NCBI RefSeq assembly: GCF_009914755.1
Contig: NC_060947.1
Origin: the human T2T-CHM13v2.0 reference genome, Homo sapiens
DNA length: 64,000 nucleotides
Reading direction: 5' to 3' (one strand)
The notes beneath the pieces are model-generated. The model ran no database searches. It worked only from the letters and a program-made list of their open reading frames with translations, and had not been told where the DNA came from. Numbering within the stretch: position 1 is the first letter of the stretch; each line of letters opens with the position of its first letter. Shown here in pieces: positions 27,001-41,795 of this stretch. The translations under genes were made by a program, and so were the position numbers.

Positions 27001-27937
27001 AGGATGGCAGCCTAGGACTGAGCAGTTGTGTTTATTGCTTAAATCGTGGAGCAAGACCCTTAGAAGACATTGTATTGTGAAAATGCATGAAGATGCTCAG
27101 AGTACATCCATGAAATGGTCTTGTTTGTTTTACATGTGATTATTAGCATTCCAAACTCTGTATTTGAGGACAAAGTATTCTTATAAAGCAGCGTCGTTTA
27201 TTAAAACATTTAAAAGACAGGCAAACGATGGGAAAATCCTCTAAGTCATATATACTATACTTAGCCCCTAGGTGCTGTGATGGAAGACATATAGGTACTG
27301 GTTCAATGTTTATATTAAGAGCTTTATAATATAATGTGAAAAAATGAGTGTAGTCAAATAAAGAAGATAACTGTGCATTCAAGAAATTTGTATCATCCTT
27401 TTTTCTATGTTTTCTTCCCCCAGGTATTAATAAAAGCTTAGGTGAATTTTTAGAATATAGATTTTTTCCCATTGTTACTGTCATCTTTATTTAGCAGTGA
27501 TATTTCAAACTATTTTAAGATCTTTAGTATACATATGGGAGATACGAAGGAACAAATAACAATGGTATTTTGTCTGTGTCTTCTCTGAGAAATTCAACAG
27601 GTTGCTAGTGAAAGGGCTGTTTAGTTGCAATAACATTTTACTATGGAACGTTATCAGTTTATACCATGTGAGGTGTTCATTTCTGTCACAGTGAGAGAAC
27701 ATGCATCCTTGCTGTGTTCTCAATTTAACTTAAATCTCATGATTTCCTGTTTTGAACAAACATCTACTTAATTCCTGGCTCCTACTCCCCACCCACTGGC
27801 AGCCGCTGTGCAGCTGCCGTGATTACTAATCCACCTGGCGATGGTCAGGGGAAGGTATTAAGTGAAATTTTGACTTATGAAGGGCTAAACTACTTACAGT
27901 GCAATAGCATTTCCCCATAATGCATAAAACACGTAGA

Positions 27938-27984
27938 GAAATAAATAAATAAATAAATAAATAATAAATAAATAAATAAATAAA
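27938..27984. repeat. (AAAT)n microsatellite
   Basis: Seen directly. Confidence 0.9.
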
Positions 27985-28347
27985 GTCAGAGAACAAGATC
28001 ACTCTTTATCCAAATAACACAGGTTGGTTTTATTGCTTTAAAGCATAGGCACAAAAATCAGCCTTTGGGGGAAGACGTGGATTTCAACTCACTATTGCCA
28101 AACACGTTGATATAAGAGATCGTGTGGTATGCAGCTATGTATAGATGTGTGCCTGAGATGTGTAGGAATCTCGAGAACTTTTTGGATGTTTCTTCCTGTG
28201 ATGTTGGAAAGACTTGGTAGAATTACATAACAATTCAGTATGAGTCCTTAGCACGATCCTTTTGTCTTTTTTCCTTTTTTTTTTTAATACATGACCAAAC
28301 TGATGGAAACAAAGGTAGCAGGCTGATGCTGTAAGGACACGGTGTAG

Positions 28348-28680
<333 letters not shown>

Positions 28681-29612
28681 CACATGCTGGTTCTTAAGAA
28701 CAAGTGAGAAGATTCTGTATTGTGAAGTCAGCCTATTGCATTAAACTTATTGTTTATATTTGATTCAAAATCTGCTTATGACAAATTCGATGTCATTTTT
28801 GTGTTGCAATCTGGTGTCTGTAGGCCTTTGCCTTGCAGTTTCATGTGAAATAACATTTTTAAAAATGGTTTGTACCTATGTAGAGCTTATTCTAAACTCA
28901 GAGTGTGGATTGGTGTCTTGGATGGGAGCTGCTGTGTGTTTTCCTTCCTGTGCCACCCTTCCTCCTCCAGACACTTCCATGTGGCTGGCTGCGGCTAACA
29001 TCAGCCATCACTTATACATAGGGTGAGAAGACTCGGGATTTGGTATCTTTACCACTTGATCTCACTTGCTCCCCTTTCTTCTTGGTGCATGGAATTTACT
29101 TCCTCTGTAGGCAAGTCAAGCCTCCTCCTTTTCAGTCTTCAGGCAGTCTGAGACCTTTCTTGCCTTGCAATCTCAGAATTGCAGCATTTTATTATCTCAG
29201 AATTCCTCTGAAAGTGCTGCTGAACTTGAAAAGCAGTATCTAGAACTTTGTATTTTCAAGACTTCGTTTGACTGTTTGCCTAGAATTGAGTCCACCTACT
29301 AATGTTTGCTCAGGTAACTAAGTCATCCACACATCCTGTGCTTATCTTTAAGCTGACAATCCTAAAATGAGAGCCACATCCTCACTGTAATGCACGAGAT
29401 GAGAGCCAAGGGTACATACAGAGCCTGAGAATTCAAAGTTTAAAAGGCTTACTTAGGGTGTCTCAGTAAAGGACACCTACTTATTCCTGCACAAACAATC
29501 GTGGGTAAAGAAAGAGATGGAACACCTTTTGAAATGCATATGGGTAGCAAACCATTTTTTTATTAAAAAAAGTTATTTTAAGCTAAATGTGACCCTAACA
29601 CACAGTGCCCCC

Positions 29613-29615
<3 letters not shown>

Positions 29616-29647
<32 letters not shown>
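29616..29647. repeat. (CA)n microsatellite
   Basis: Seen directly. Confidence 0.9.
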
Positions 29648-29649
<2 letters not shown>

Positions 29650-30814
29650 TATTATGTGACATAAAAAGTGCATTATTAAATTAAGCAATAATTAAGTAAT
29701 TATTTGACAATTATAAACAACGAATAACCTCTAAAATGTTTGCTAAAGTTGCAATGTTTAAAATGTATGCCAATAACTAGCTTTTACATAGTTAACATTA
29801 GAAAAGCTTATGCTGAAGGAATTGTTCTTTCTGAAGTAATTTGATTAATAAAGATTGCTGCTCTCTTGCACAAGATTCTTGCACAAGTTGGGAGAAAATT
29901 CTGCTGAGAAGGGAGAAGTCACATGGTGGTCTGGTGGGGAGGGCAGGACTAACAGCCCAGAAGTTCCAGAGCTTGTGCAAGGCTCCAGGGCCAGTAAATG
30001 TGACTGACAAGATGAAGGTTGAGCTGTCTTGTTTCCGTGCCTGAACGCTTTCCCCTGAATTTCCCAGTCTCAAGAGGCTATGATTCTGCTTTTGGTCCTG
30101 TGTGTAAATCACTCCAGTTCTCCACCCATGTCTGTTCGAGGGTACGGACATCCCTCTTAGCATGGAAATGTGATTGAAGCCCAATTACAGCCATGAATCA
30201 TTCCCAAATCTGCAGGACATCTCAGTTTAGCTGGGGCTTTTTAGAAAAATTGCAATTCCAAAGCTCCACCCTTAGGGTAATGCAGACCTGTCACTGAGCA
30301 GAATCACAAATCAGAATGGGAACAGGGACCAGTGTCTGTGTTTGGAAGCCAACTGTGGTTTAACTCATCCTACTTCTCAGTGACCTCTTCCATTCACATA
30401 GGTTGCTATCTCTTATCTGATCACCCTCCATAATCAATACATTGGCTGAAATGATGGGAAAAATATTCCAGCTCTGCAGTCATTTTGTTTATTAGAATGT
30501 TGTGCTTGGGCAGCAATTCCATCCCCTGGGAAAGACTGAGGAAGGTCCCCAGTAGCAGGAGGTAGCATGATATGATACAAGACCCTGGGCTTTGGGTTCA
30601 GAGGCAAGTTCCATCCTGACTGTGTGTTCCTCTGCAAGGCAATTAACTTCCTACATTTAAAAAATTCTACAAACTCATACAAATACACTTACCTAGTGCA
30701 TTGCTATGAAGACAAAATATTATTTACAGTACCTGCTCAATAAATATAAGGGTCTTAGGAAACTCCTTCAGAGGGGGAGAAGGCAGAGGAAACCCTCTAC
30801 TCTTGAACTACTCC

Positions 30815-31126
30815 TCTTTTTCTTGAGACAGGATCTCACTATATTTCCCAGGCCAGAGTGCAGTGGTGCCATCGTGGCTCACTGCAGCCTCGACCTCCTG
30901 GGCTCAAGCAATCTTCCCACCTCAGCCTCCCTAGCAGCTGGAACTAGGAGTGTGTGCTGCTATGCCAGGCTATTTTTTTTGTTTTGTTTTTGGTTTTGGT
31001 TTTTTTTGTACAGACAGGATCTCACTATGTTGCACAGGCCGGTCTTGACCTCCTGGCCTTAAGTAATCCTCCCACCTCAGCCTCCCGAAGTGCTGGGATT
31101 ACAGGTGTGAGCCACTGTGCCCAGCC
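30815..31126 (-). mobile_element. AluJ
   Basis: Dimer with ctcctgggctcaagcaatc; duplication TTGAACTACTC at 30803 and 31127. Confidence 0.95.
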
Positions 31127-32142
31127 TTGAACTACTCTTATGTTCATGTCAAAAACCTTACCTGACCTTTACATCCACAAATCTGTCCTGCAAGATGTAT
31201 GTGTATATGCACACACACACATCAAGAGTTGAGGATCATTTATATATTCACATATTTTTTTACTCATATAGAACTATGGATAAAGAGTTTGAACCAACAT
31301 AAAAAGCTCTTTTATTTTAAAAATGAGATTAATGAAACATCCTGATAATTATTGTTTTCTAGTCTTTTGATGGTAGCTCATATAATTTTGAATGACAAAT
31401 ATGCTCTCTCTTTATTTGTTTTATATGTATACATGGTTTCTGTGCCTTAGTAAAAATGCCAACCAAGTTTATTTTTTTCCTTCTTTGAAGAATTTTTGCA
31501 GAGCTATGAAGGAAATATAGAAAATAAAAGATAAGCTACTACATGGAATAAAATTCATAAAAAGCCCTTCCCTAGTATTTCTCCAAGTAGCATCAGCTGC
31601 ATATTTCTGCAGAGTGCTAAGTTGATATTTTTGATAATTCAAGGATTCGAGCCACCATCCAGTTTCATTCTGCAGATGTAGGATAGTTTAACTGCTCAAG
31701 TAGGTCATAAAATACACCATTTATAAAGCACTTAGGTACACTGTACCATGCAAAGGATAACATGCTAAAACAAAAGCCTTTTTTAAGGAGTTTGATATTA
31801 AAAGCATCACAATGCAATTATTCATCCTCAAAGGTCTGTGTTGCAGAATTCATGGCTTAGATTAGAGAATATCAAGGGGCAGCACTCCGAAGTGTGGCAA
31901 ATTGGGGGAACTTCTCCTAGCATATTGCACCTCATGATAACTGAAACCAAGTGCAGGGCTGGCTATTTGCTATTCTATGTAGCAGTTAGACAAAGCTAAT
32001 TAGCAATATTGTGCTTAGTAAATATGTTTCAACATACATTAACCGATTATCCATCGGTGAAATATTGCACAATTAATTTTATAATATAACTGTCAACTGC
32101 AGAGATGATGGGCATGATTCGGAGCAAGAGCCTACCAGAGGC

Positions 32143-32361
32143 TGTTTCTCAGCCTTGGTACTGTTGACATTTGGGGCCAGATGATGCTCCGTGGGGCTGT
32201 CCTATGCATTGCAGGCTGTTTTGCAACGTCCCTAGCCTCTATATTCTGAATGCCAGTAACTCCCCCACTCTCTGTCCCACCCACGTTGCAACAACTCAGA
32301 ATGTCTCCAGACATTGCCACACGTCCACTGCGGAACAAAATTGCCCTGGTTAGAGTTACTG
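32143..32361 (+). mobile_element. MER20 (hAT-Charlie)
   Basis: ttctcagccttggtactgttgacatttggggccaga...aatgtctccagacattgcca. Confidence 0.85.
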
Positions 32362-32389
32362 TAATTCTCAAATTGCCGATTTTTACGTT

Positions 32390-32608
32390 AGTATTTTAAA
32401 GCACCCCAGGTCATTGGAATTTGCAGCCTAGCTTGACAATCAGTGGGCTATTCTTTTGCAACTTAAAGTCAGACCTACCAACCCGGAACATCAGCACCAT
32501 CTGAGAGCTTGTCAGAAATGCAGATTCCCAGACCTACAGACCCAGAGTCTGCATTTTACCAAGACCCCCAGGGGATTTCTCTGCACATGGACTTTTAGAA
32601 GCCATTCT
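32390..32608. mobile_element. MER5-type fragments
   Basis: catcagcaccatctgagagcttgtcagaaatgcaga...tctgcatttt..caagaccccca. Confidence 0.65.
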
Positions 32609-34084
32609 CTGGCTTGTACAGCCTCCTCTTCTCAGAGAAGTCTCCATAATTCCCAGGTCCCGTTGAGCAGACAGTCCAAGCAAGCAGATACAATGGTTGC
32701 ACCTCGTCACCCTCACAACCTCACAGCAGACTGGATTGGGGAAGATGCCTGACACGGTGGATGCAGTGGGTGGATGCAGCATCTATCAGTTACCAGGTAA
32801 AGAACTAATTAAATTCTCTCTAGAGAGTTTTTGTTACTGACAAGGGCTCTAGAGACTGTGTTGGTTTTTGTTGGGAGACAACGAGATTGTGTTGGTTCTT
32901 GCTGGAACACAACAAGAAGTAAATACTTGGGGCAAAGCTGAATGACCTGAATGGCAGATATTGACGGAGGAACCTCTCCTGCTCAGGTCTTGGCTATCTC
33001 TGCTCTCATCTTTTTTCCTTTGGTTGTTTCCTCTCCCTGGTTCAGAGATTTTCCTTTGCCTCCAGGTTGCCCTTGGTGCCCAGCTGTGGGCGTGCAGTGC
33101 ATCAGCTATTCTTGGGTTGGCCCAACCCTTGGGTTGGGTTGGCATCAGCTATTCTTGAGTTGGCCTTTTCCTGGCAAGAAATTATACCTGTGACAAAAAT
33201 GAAAATGTGTTTTACTTTAATAAAGTTGGAGGATGGGGATGTAAAATAATGGTACCATACTGTATCATTAAGTTTATAATGCAGATTCTATAATTGCACA
33301 TTGTCTAGTGGTTGAACTCTTATGAAGAGCCATTTGATGTTTAAAGAGGCATAAAAATAAATACCTACTTTGCTGTCTAATATTGTTGTAAAAGATACAT
33401 ATTGGGAAATAATCCAAAATAAAGAAAAGGAGAATTAAAAACAACTTGAGTGTTAGTAAGTAAATGAGTAAAAAACTTATATTTTGTCAACTGATAGAAA
33501 TATCATACAGCCATTAAAATGATAATCCCTAAATTTGTATAACAACATTGAAACTGTTTGTGTCAATTCAGCGACAAAGGCAAAAACAAAATTTTATCCA
33601 TGGCAGGCAAGATTGGAGCTGTAAAACGTGTGGATGCATAAGGAGAAGATTGGAATGAAACACAAAGAGTAAAATGTGTTGATTTAACATGAGATGGTGC
33701 ACATTTTTAGATTTTTGCTTTCATAAAGTTAGATGATTGGTAAAGATGTGCATGTGTTTCTGTCACCTCTATCATGTCTATCACCTCTTGTCATGTCTCT
33801 TGAAGTGTAGTGCTTCTTAAACTTTCCCTCTATGTAGGTTGAAAAATCCAGGAGACCATAGATACACTTTAATGTTAAATGAGCACGAGATGGCACGATT
33901 TTTAGTTGCTATCTTCTTAGCTAGTTATTTTTCATTCCACTGTAACAGAGGTGTTTTCAGGTATACCTAAGTGCAAGAATGATAACTACTTTGTCTATAA
34001 AATTTGAAGTGTACTTGTCTATAAAATTTTAAGCTTTATTTTAATTAAGAAAAGAGCAGCTATGAGGAGCTTGGCTGGGGCTGC

Positions 34085-34270
34085 ATTCAGAACCTTGCTG
34101 CAGTTATTGTGAACTGTTGTGGACGCTTACATGAACTCTGTAAGTCTTGCTTTGTTGTCCATAAAATGGGGATGGCCACAGTAGAACTGGCGCCAAGGTA
34201 TTTGTTAAAATTAAAGGGGCCATTTAAATAAAAAGCACAGTGTAATGCCTGGCAAATTATTACTATGGAA
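34085..34270 (+). mobile_element. MIR SINE
   Basis: taaaatggggat...gcacagtgtaatgcctggca. Confidence 0.55.
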
Positions 34271-35099
34271 AGCATATTAATTGTCTTTGTTGTTTCTATC
34301 TTATGTCAAACAGTAGATCTGTGTAAGGCAGATAATTATATGGTCAATGACTTACATTTTACTATATTTTCAATCTTAATATTTTATTATGATCTATAAT
34401 CATTCCTATTTGACTATCACTTATTTTTATTAAGCATCAATGCATTCCTAATAAACTTCAATATTATCAAGATGATTTAATGGAAATCATGGAAGACTGT
34501 TCGTTTATACTTAAATTAGTGTCTACAAGGCACGCAGACAAAACTATTAGTTAAGAAGGCCTGATTGAAAAGTACAACCCATTTTTTATTACTTTTGACT
34601 ATAATACTTTTTTCTTAATTTTTCTATTATGACATTTATATGACCTAACCTATTGAAATTACTTCCTGACACCAGCAATTCACATCTTTCATAACTTTTG
34701 GATGCTATTGTTTCTCCCCCTGAAGTGTGCTACTGTCAAGATGAAGCCACTACAGTAGTATTCAGTATGATGGCACATTCTTATCTCTGGTCAAATAGAA
34801 TTTTACAATCTGTACTCTGGCAGTAACTGCACCATCTCAATCTAAATCTATTTGGGTTATTCTTAATATATTCTCAGTAAAGAGAATAAGATAGTTATGT
34901 ATTTTCCTTCAAATAATTAACTTTAAGCAAAGCTTTCACCAAAGAGGATTTCATTAGATAACAGTGTTAACTCTGCTTACTATTAGAACGCATCCCTGAG
35001 CTTATAATTGAAGTCATCAAGGAAACAATGTTCAGCTAACTGAAATTTTATGTAGTAACACCCAGTGGAAGTGCCATCACATTCATTAATGAAAACATC

Positions 35100-35984
35100 T
35101 TGTGCTACTTCTTGGGCAACAGCTCCCATTGAGTCTGTCTTGCTTCACTGTGTCTTGACTGTGTCTTGAAGGGAAGTGTTATCTACTGTTTGCTTCAGAC
35201 CATCTTTTCAAGGATGTTTGTGTAGCAAACAGTTTTGGAAAGATAGGCTATACTATCTTCTTCCAGAGCAAAGGGCCAGAATGTCCACCACTGCATTAGT
35301 CTGTTCTTGCACTGCTATAAAGAAATACCTGAGACTGGGTAATTTATAAAGAAAAGAGGTTTAATTGGCTCACAGTTCTTCAGGCTGTACAAGAAGCATG
35401 GTGTTGACCACCTGCTCTGCTTCTGGAGAGGCGTCAAGAAGCTTACGATCATGGCAGAAGGCAGAGGGCATTCAGGCATGTCTTACATGGCCAGAGCAGG
35501 AGGAAGAGAGAGGGGGGAAGTGCTACACACATTTAAACGACCAGATCTCGTAAGAACTGTATCACAGGAACAGCACTATAGGGATGGTGCTAAAGCATTA
35601 GAAATTGCCCCTGTGATCCAATCACTCCCTCGAGGCTCCTCCTCTAACACTGGGGATTACATTTCAACATGAGATTTGGGCAGGGACACAGATCCAAACC
35701 CTATCCACTAGGATCCTTAAGCATGGGATGCCTCTTCTGTAACATATCCACTGTATTTGTAGGAGTCCATTTCAGCCTATCTGCTTCAGACTGGTGGGAC
35801 CTCGATGCAAACAGAGCTAATGAAAATGTGATGCTTCTGCTTCTTTTTGTGCCATGAATAATAATCTGTTCTTTATCTCTGACCCAGGAGTCTCATGTCT
35901 TTGGCTAACCCCTGTAACCTTGTGGCAGGCTAACTAGTAAGCTTGCATGTAGAGTAAAATCTCAGGCCCTTCACAGTTCTTGAT
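35100..35984 (+). mobile_element. LTR40-like ERVL LTR, split by MST
   Basis: tctctgacccaggagtctc...tgtggcaggctaac...gtaaaatctcaggcccttcacagttcttga terminus. Confidence 0.65.
35292..35706 (-). mobile_element. MSTA/B MaLR solo LTR
   Basis: tgcattagtctgttcttgcactgctataaagaaatacctgagactggg...gacacagatccaaacc. Confidence 0.9.
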
Positions 35985-36190
35985 GTGTGTAGGTGTGAGC
36001 ATCCTTAGGCATAAGTTGCTAGGATGGCTCTTGTGAGGAAAAAAAATCCATAGAATTTAAATTTAGAATGGTTTCTTGTCAGAATAGTGTTTGTGCTCTT
36101 TTTGCAAAGATTTTCAAATCCACTCAATCCATGTAGTTTTACACTAGCTGGAATTTTAGTTCTAACCATTGAGAATTATTTTTTGGGTTC

Positions 36191-36552
36191 TGTCTTAGTC
36201 CGTTTTGTGTTGCTATAACTAAGTACTGAGAATGGGTAATTAATAAAGAGCAGAAATGTATTTTCTCACAGTTCTGGAAGCTGGGAAGTCCCAGGTCAAG
36301 GCACCAGCAGGTTCAGTTGTCTGGTGAGGGCTGCATCTTCCAGAAGGGAGGATCACTGTGTTTTCACATGGCAAAAGGCAGAAGGGCAATTGAGCTGAAT
36401 GCTACCTGCAGCTTCTTATATGAGGGCCTTAATCGCATTCATGAGGGAGGATCCCTCAAGGCACAGCCACCTTTTAAAAGCCCTACTATCTACATTGGTA
36501 GTGTCGCATTGGTTACACCTGAATTTTGGAGGAAACACATTCCAACCATAGC
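36191..36552 (-). mobile_element. MST-type (MSTB1/C/D) LTR
   Basis: tgtcttagtccgtttt...cacagttctggaagctgggaagtcc...accatagca. Confidence 0.85.
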
Positions 36553-36782
36553 AAATTCCCTGCAAAAAGTTACGTGTGTATGTGTGTGTAGGGGTGTGTG
36601 TGTATATGTGTATATGCATACATTTGTGTATATATATATACACACTCATATATATAATTTTTATATTTTATATCTTATAAAATATAAGGATCCATTTTAT
36701 TTTCTTCTGGATGCTAACAGAAACATTCTTAATCCTGGCTGCACATTAGCCTGGGAGAGGAGGACTTCTGAACAATCCCGTG

Positions 36783-37074
<292 letters not shown>

Positions 37075-37207
37075 TCGGTAGACCAACCCACCAAAATCTC
37101 TTATTAAATCCCATAAGACCATTTTAAATATGTTGCCAAATTTAAGAACCATTGGCAGAAATTCACAAAATGTGACAGTTTTCCTTCTTGTCATGTCTCT
37201 TGAAGTG

Positions 37208-37372
37208 TAGTGCTTCTTAAACTTTTCGATGTGGCCAAATCACTTGGGGATCTTGTAAAAGTTCAGGTTCTCATCTGGTGGGTCTGCAATGGGTACCCAA
37301 TAATCTGCATTTGTAACAAGCTCTCAGGTGAGGCCACGGCTTCTGATTCAAGGTCTGAATTTTGAATAGCAA
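37208..37372 (+). mobile_element. MER5A-like element
   Basis: tagtgcttcttaaactt...aatcacttggggatcttg...tctgcatttgtaacaagctctcaggtga. Confidence 0.7.
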
Positions 37373-37489
37373 TGTCGTAGTTGTTATTTTCATAAAGCAA
37401 AAGCAAAACAATACAGAACAAAAGAAAATGTAACCCAAGCGTCAAGTGTTTCAGCTGTTGAGATGCAGTACATGCTCTTTGCTTTTTCC

Positions 37490-37784
37490 TTTTTTTTTTT
37501 TTTTTTTTTTTTTTTTGTGACAGAGCCTTGTTCTGTTGCCCAGGCTGGAGTGCAGAGGTGCATTCATTGCTCACTGCAGCCTCGACCTCATGGACTCAGG
37601 AGATCCTCCCACCTCAGCTTCCTGAGTAGCTGGGACTATAGGGCACACCACCATGCCTGGCTAGTATTTTTGGTATTTGCTGTAGAGATGCACAGGTTGA
37701 TCTCAAATTCCTAGACTCAAGTGACCCTCCCACCTTGGTCTCTGAAAATGCTGGGATTACAAGTGTGAGCCACTGCACCCTGCC
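37490..37784 (-). mobile_element. AluJ with long poly(A)
   Basis: T tract then dimer; GTACATGCT on both flanks. Confidence 0.93.
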
Positions 37785-38320
37785 ATGGTACATGCTGTTA
37801 AAACAATCATTTTTTTGATAATACTAGTGATCTGAAAACTAAGGTATGGAAAAATAAAGAAATACTGCTGTCAGGAAATCAGCAAACTGTCTCTTTATAA
37901 AATACACTGATTTTTGCCACTGAAATCAGCATTTGCTACAGAATGAAGCCCATACAATTAGAATTTTTTAAGCATCTGAAGCCCCCCTGCCTGGCCTTGG
38001 CATTTATGTAGCTGAAAGGGAGCATTACTCTAAAAAATGCTTTCTTTCTGTAGCACATTTTTCATTAAGACCACGTTGTCACTTAACTCATATTGCTTAA
38101 GAATACCATCCTGGAGACAAAAACATTTCAAAGGAATTGTACCATGACATTCCTACCATGTGGGTCATTACAAATTGCCTTGCTGTGGTTTAAAAGCAGA
38201 ATAATTTAAACAGAAGCACAAGTACAAGCTCTAGAACTATCTTCCCAGTAGGGTTTTACCCTGCAGGGTACAAGCAATAAAAACATTGAGCACAGAGATG
38301 GAAATAGGCTGTGGCTCAAA

Positions 38321-38367
<47 letters not shown>
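38321..38367. repeat. (CA)~23 microsatellite
   Basis: Seen directly. Confidence 0.95.
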
Positions 38368-38370
<3 letters not shown>

Positions 38371-39499
38371 CTCACATTCACACCTGTTTCCCTTTCTTGC
38401 TGGAGGTGAAAATTGGAATGCTATTATAAGCTTGTGCAGATGACTATAACTGAGAAATCAGGCACATCACAGGGAAATCATTGCACCTACAGCCTCATTC
38501 TTTTTTTGAAAGCTGGCAGGGCACATGCAATATAAAATGAAGGGTGAGACAGCATGTCTCCAGCAGGACAGAAAAGGTTATGGGGCACTGAGGAAGTATG
38601 GGAAATGCTCAGTTGCTCTCAGAAACAAACAATGAAATAAATAAAAATACTGGAAAGAGAGACAGAAGCATAGTTGTAGCCTTAGGTATGGGTATGCCAA
38701 AACACAGGGAGTAAATAATAAAATAAACATGTGAACATAAAGGCATCTATGTGTCCCCATGTGTGAGGTGTGACTCAAGATTGGACTATAGCAATGGCAG
38801 AGGATGTTTTGTTCAAAAGCTAGATAGATATGCTGTCAGATGGTAGTGTCAGACTATACACTCGGCCAGCATAAAAATTGCATAAATCTATGAACCTGTA
38901 ATGGAAACCACAACACAATCGATCAGCATTGAAATACTTTGAGAGGAGGACAGTTTGGCATAATAGGAACCTACACTGCAGGTCAACATCCAGGGAGGAT
39001 ATTTGGAAAGTGTTTTCCAAACAGGTAATTACAAGACATCTTCACCACAATCATGAGCAATAGAAAGCTATTTCTTGTGACTAATGTAGCATAAGACAAA
39101 TTCTATTTTGATGAAAATTTGACAAAAGACAATGAAATGAAGTAATATTACCTGAGCATATACGTATATGTACCAGGGGTATTTAAATGTGCTGCTTCCT
39201 AATTTTTACAAAGCCTTATGGAAAGTCTTCATTTTATAGTTCGAGCAACGGAGACTCTGAGAGCTTAAATAATTTATAAGGTGCGTCCAGATGGACAAAG
39301 CTGGGAAACAACCTCAAGGTTGATTTTTTTTTTCTTCTTTGAAGTATCAAGTGAATTTACCCGTACACACCCACTGCTTGACTAGACTAAGATGTTCAAA
39401 GGAGAACTATCATTGGAAAAAGGAAAGAAAAAGAATAGCAAATGAAAGTTTTATAGCAAATGAAAGCAGCCATCCTCACTGAGAATCTACCTCTTTTCC

Positions 39500-39640
39500 G
39501 GAGCTATGTTTTATGATGAGAATTTGTCACTAATCCTCCAGACCATGGTGAGATTTAGGAATCACTGTTCTGAGTTTGCACATGAGGAAACTGAGGATAG
39601 GAGTGGACCAGGTGCCCTGGTCACACAGCTAGAAAATGGC
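39500..39640 (-). mobile_element. MIR fragment
   Basis: atgaggaaactgagg...ggtcacacagctag. Confidence 0.65.
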
Positions 39641-41644
39641 CAAGCCCCCTCCTCTGCTGCCACCTAGAGAGGTTGTCCACTGCCTTCCTTCTCACTCTAC
39701 TGTTTGAGCTCCATGAAACCATCTCTTTCCTCTTCACCTTGACCCTTTTCCTCCAGAGAACACACCTCACTCTAAGTAGTCAAGCATCCATAGGCCATGC
39801 CTCTGTGTTACTTCATCATCCATCCCCATCACCCCTCACCAGCTCTGCAGAGGAATTCAAATGTGTGTGTTTCGCCATGAGCAGCTACTGCTTTTCTTTT
39901 CTCTTTAGGTGCCCTCTCTCATTTTGCAAGAAACAAAACAATTTAACAAAGCAATTGTTAATTACTTTGGGACCCTGCACTCATCCATCCTCTGGTCCTC
40001 TGGCAGATTTGGAGACTCAGTTGTAATAAGAGTGAGATGGCCAGGCTCTGCTTCTTCTTTTTTTTTTTTTTGTCCAACATCATGGTGCCGCTCACAGGTG
40101 TTATCAACAAGAAGGTAGATGTGATGCCTGTGGCAGATTGGAGTCTTTAAATCCTTTAGATGTCATCAAGTGGACTGCTCATCTGGCTAGGAGTCACAGA
40201 ATTCAATGCACCATCCTCTGCTTGATGGACTCATAGAGGGTCCCTGCCTTTCTATCAGGCAGCTTTCTGCTTCATTTTTCTTTTTATCACACTGTAATAT
40301 CGGGCTGACTCTGAAAGTGGTCTATAATTCTGTTAGCGATCCTTCTGTGTTTCTATACAAAACATTCATGTCCAGAAGCCCCTGAATTGAGATATTGTGG
40401 CTGATCAGAATAGAAGAAGCCCTAGGGCCCTGAACATGGAGCAAATAATCTGCTCCCAAGCTTGGTCCTGAATCAAATCCTTTGACTTGAACTAACCTGC
40501 GATGCAAGCTTATTTGACTGTTGTCATCAGAAGGGTTTCTTCGGCAGGTGTGAGGAACAGCATGGAATATCATTCTACCCTACCAATTGGAGCAAATTGT
40601 TATCACATGACTCAGTTATTAAATATAAAAGAAAGAGGGGAGAGAAGATAAAATTGGTTACAAGGTTGAGAGTTGTTATTTCATGCAGTGACTCTCTTTG
40701 GACTCTTGCTAAGTAAAATATGAGTAACAAGTACAATATTTTTGTTTTCAATAACCTCCAGTTCTCTGAAGGCTGAGCTGGCTTTCTGGTGCCATCTTGA
40801 AGGAGGATGGAATGTAGCTGAAATCTATGCCAGAGAGTAAATGAAGTGGAAAACCTGTGCCTTCAGTCCTGGTGCACCTTGAAACAAAAATGGAGAGAGA
40901 GTGTGGTGATCACAGAGCAGGATCCTCATTTCCCCCACTTATTTTGGGATGGAGCTACATAAACATTGGAATGGCATAAAGATGCTGTGGAAAATTAGCA
41001 CCTGTGTCTCTCATCTCTGCTGGGGAGATGATGAGGCTCTCAGAGAAAGCCAAGTCTTGCAAAGGCTCATGATCTCTCATGGTTTGAGAGGAGTGGGGAG
41101 ATGTTATCTGAGGGCTTGATGGTCTGGGGGTTGGGAATTGTAGCTCACCTGAGCCATTCTGTGACATGTAGTGGATTGGGAACTTTATGTATATGTGAAT
41201 GTGGAGACACAGGAGTGATGACTAGGAGGTCAATACGGGAGGGAAAGTTGCTATATGCAAACTTGGAAACTAGTGAAACATGACTGGGGCTGTGAGCTTC
41301 AGGGTAGGATGCTGGCACATTCCCCCAGCAGGATAGATTGGAAAGATCTAACCCAGTCCAGGAACCAAACTCTACAGGTTCCTCTATGGCACAGAAGAGT
41401 GAGGATTCATGGCACCCACAAGGTTTTAAGACTCCCTTCTTCCCAGCACCCTAAGGTCATGGTAGATTGCCTATATACATAGATAGTATCATGGGGAGAA
41501 GTATAGGGCAATAACAAAATTAGCAACTGGGTATTGACCCAGGAGTCAAGTCATTCAAGAGACTAAACAGAAGAAATTGTCACACTCTGAATTGGTGGGT
41601 TGAAAGTTTGTGATTATCCCACACTCTCATTGAGGTGAGAAAGA

Positions 41645-41795
41645 TTAGCCAGGTGTGGTGGCTACTCAGGAGGCTGAGGCAGGAGAATCACTTGAGCCCA
41701 GGAGGTCAAGGCTTCAGCGAGCCATGATCATGCCACTGCACTCCAGCCTGGGCAAGAGAGCAAGACCCCAGCACTAAAAAAAAAAAAAAAAAAAA
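41645..41795 (+). mobile_element. Alu right monomer (FRAM or truncated AluJ)
   Basis: ttagccaggtgtggtgg...poly(A); AAAGATTAG on both flanks. Confidence 0.9.

Noticed and set aside
26455-27435. Other pyrimidine-tract AG|GT motifs (ctttag|gtatgg, ccccag|gtatta)
   Set aside because: The donor halves are weak and such motifs are expected by chance in AT-rich DNA.
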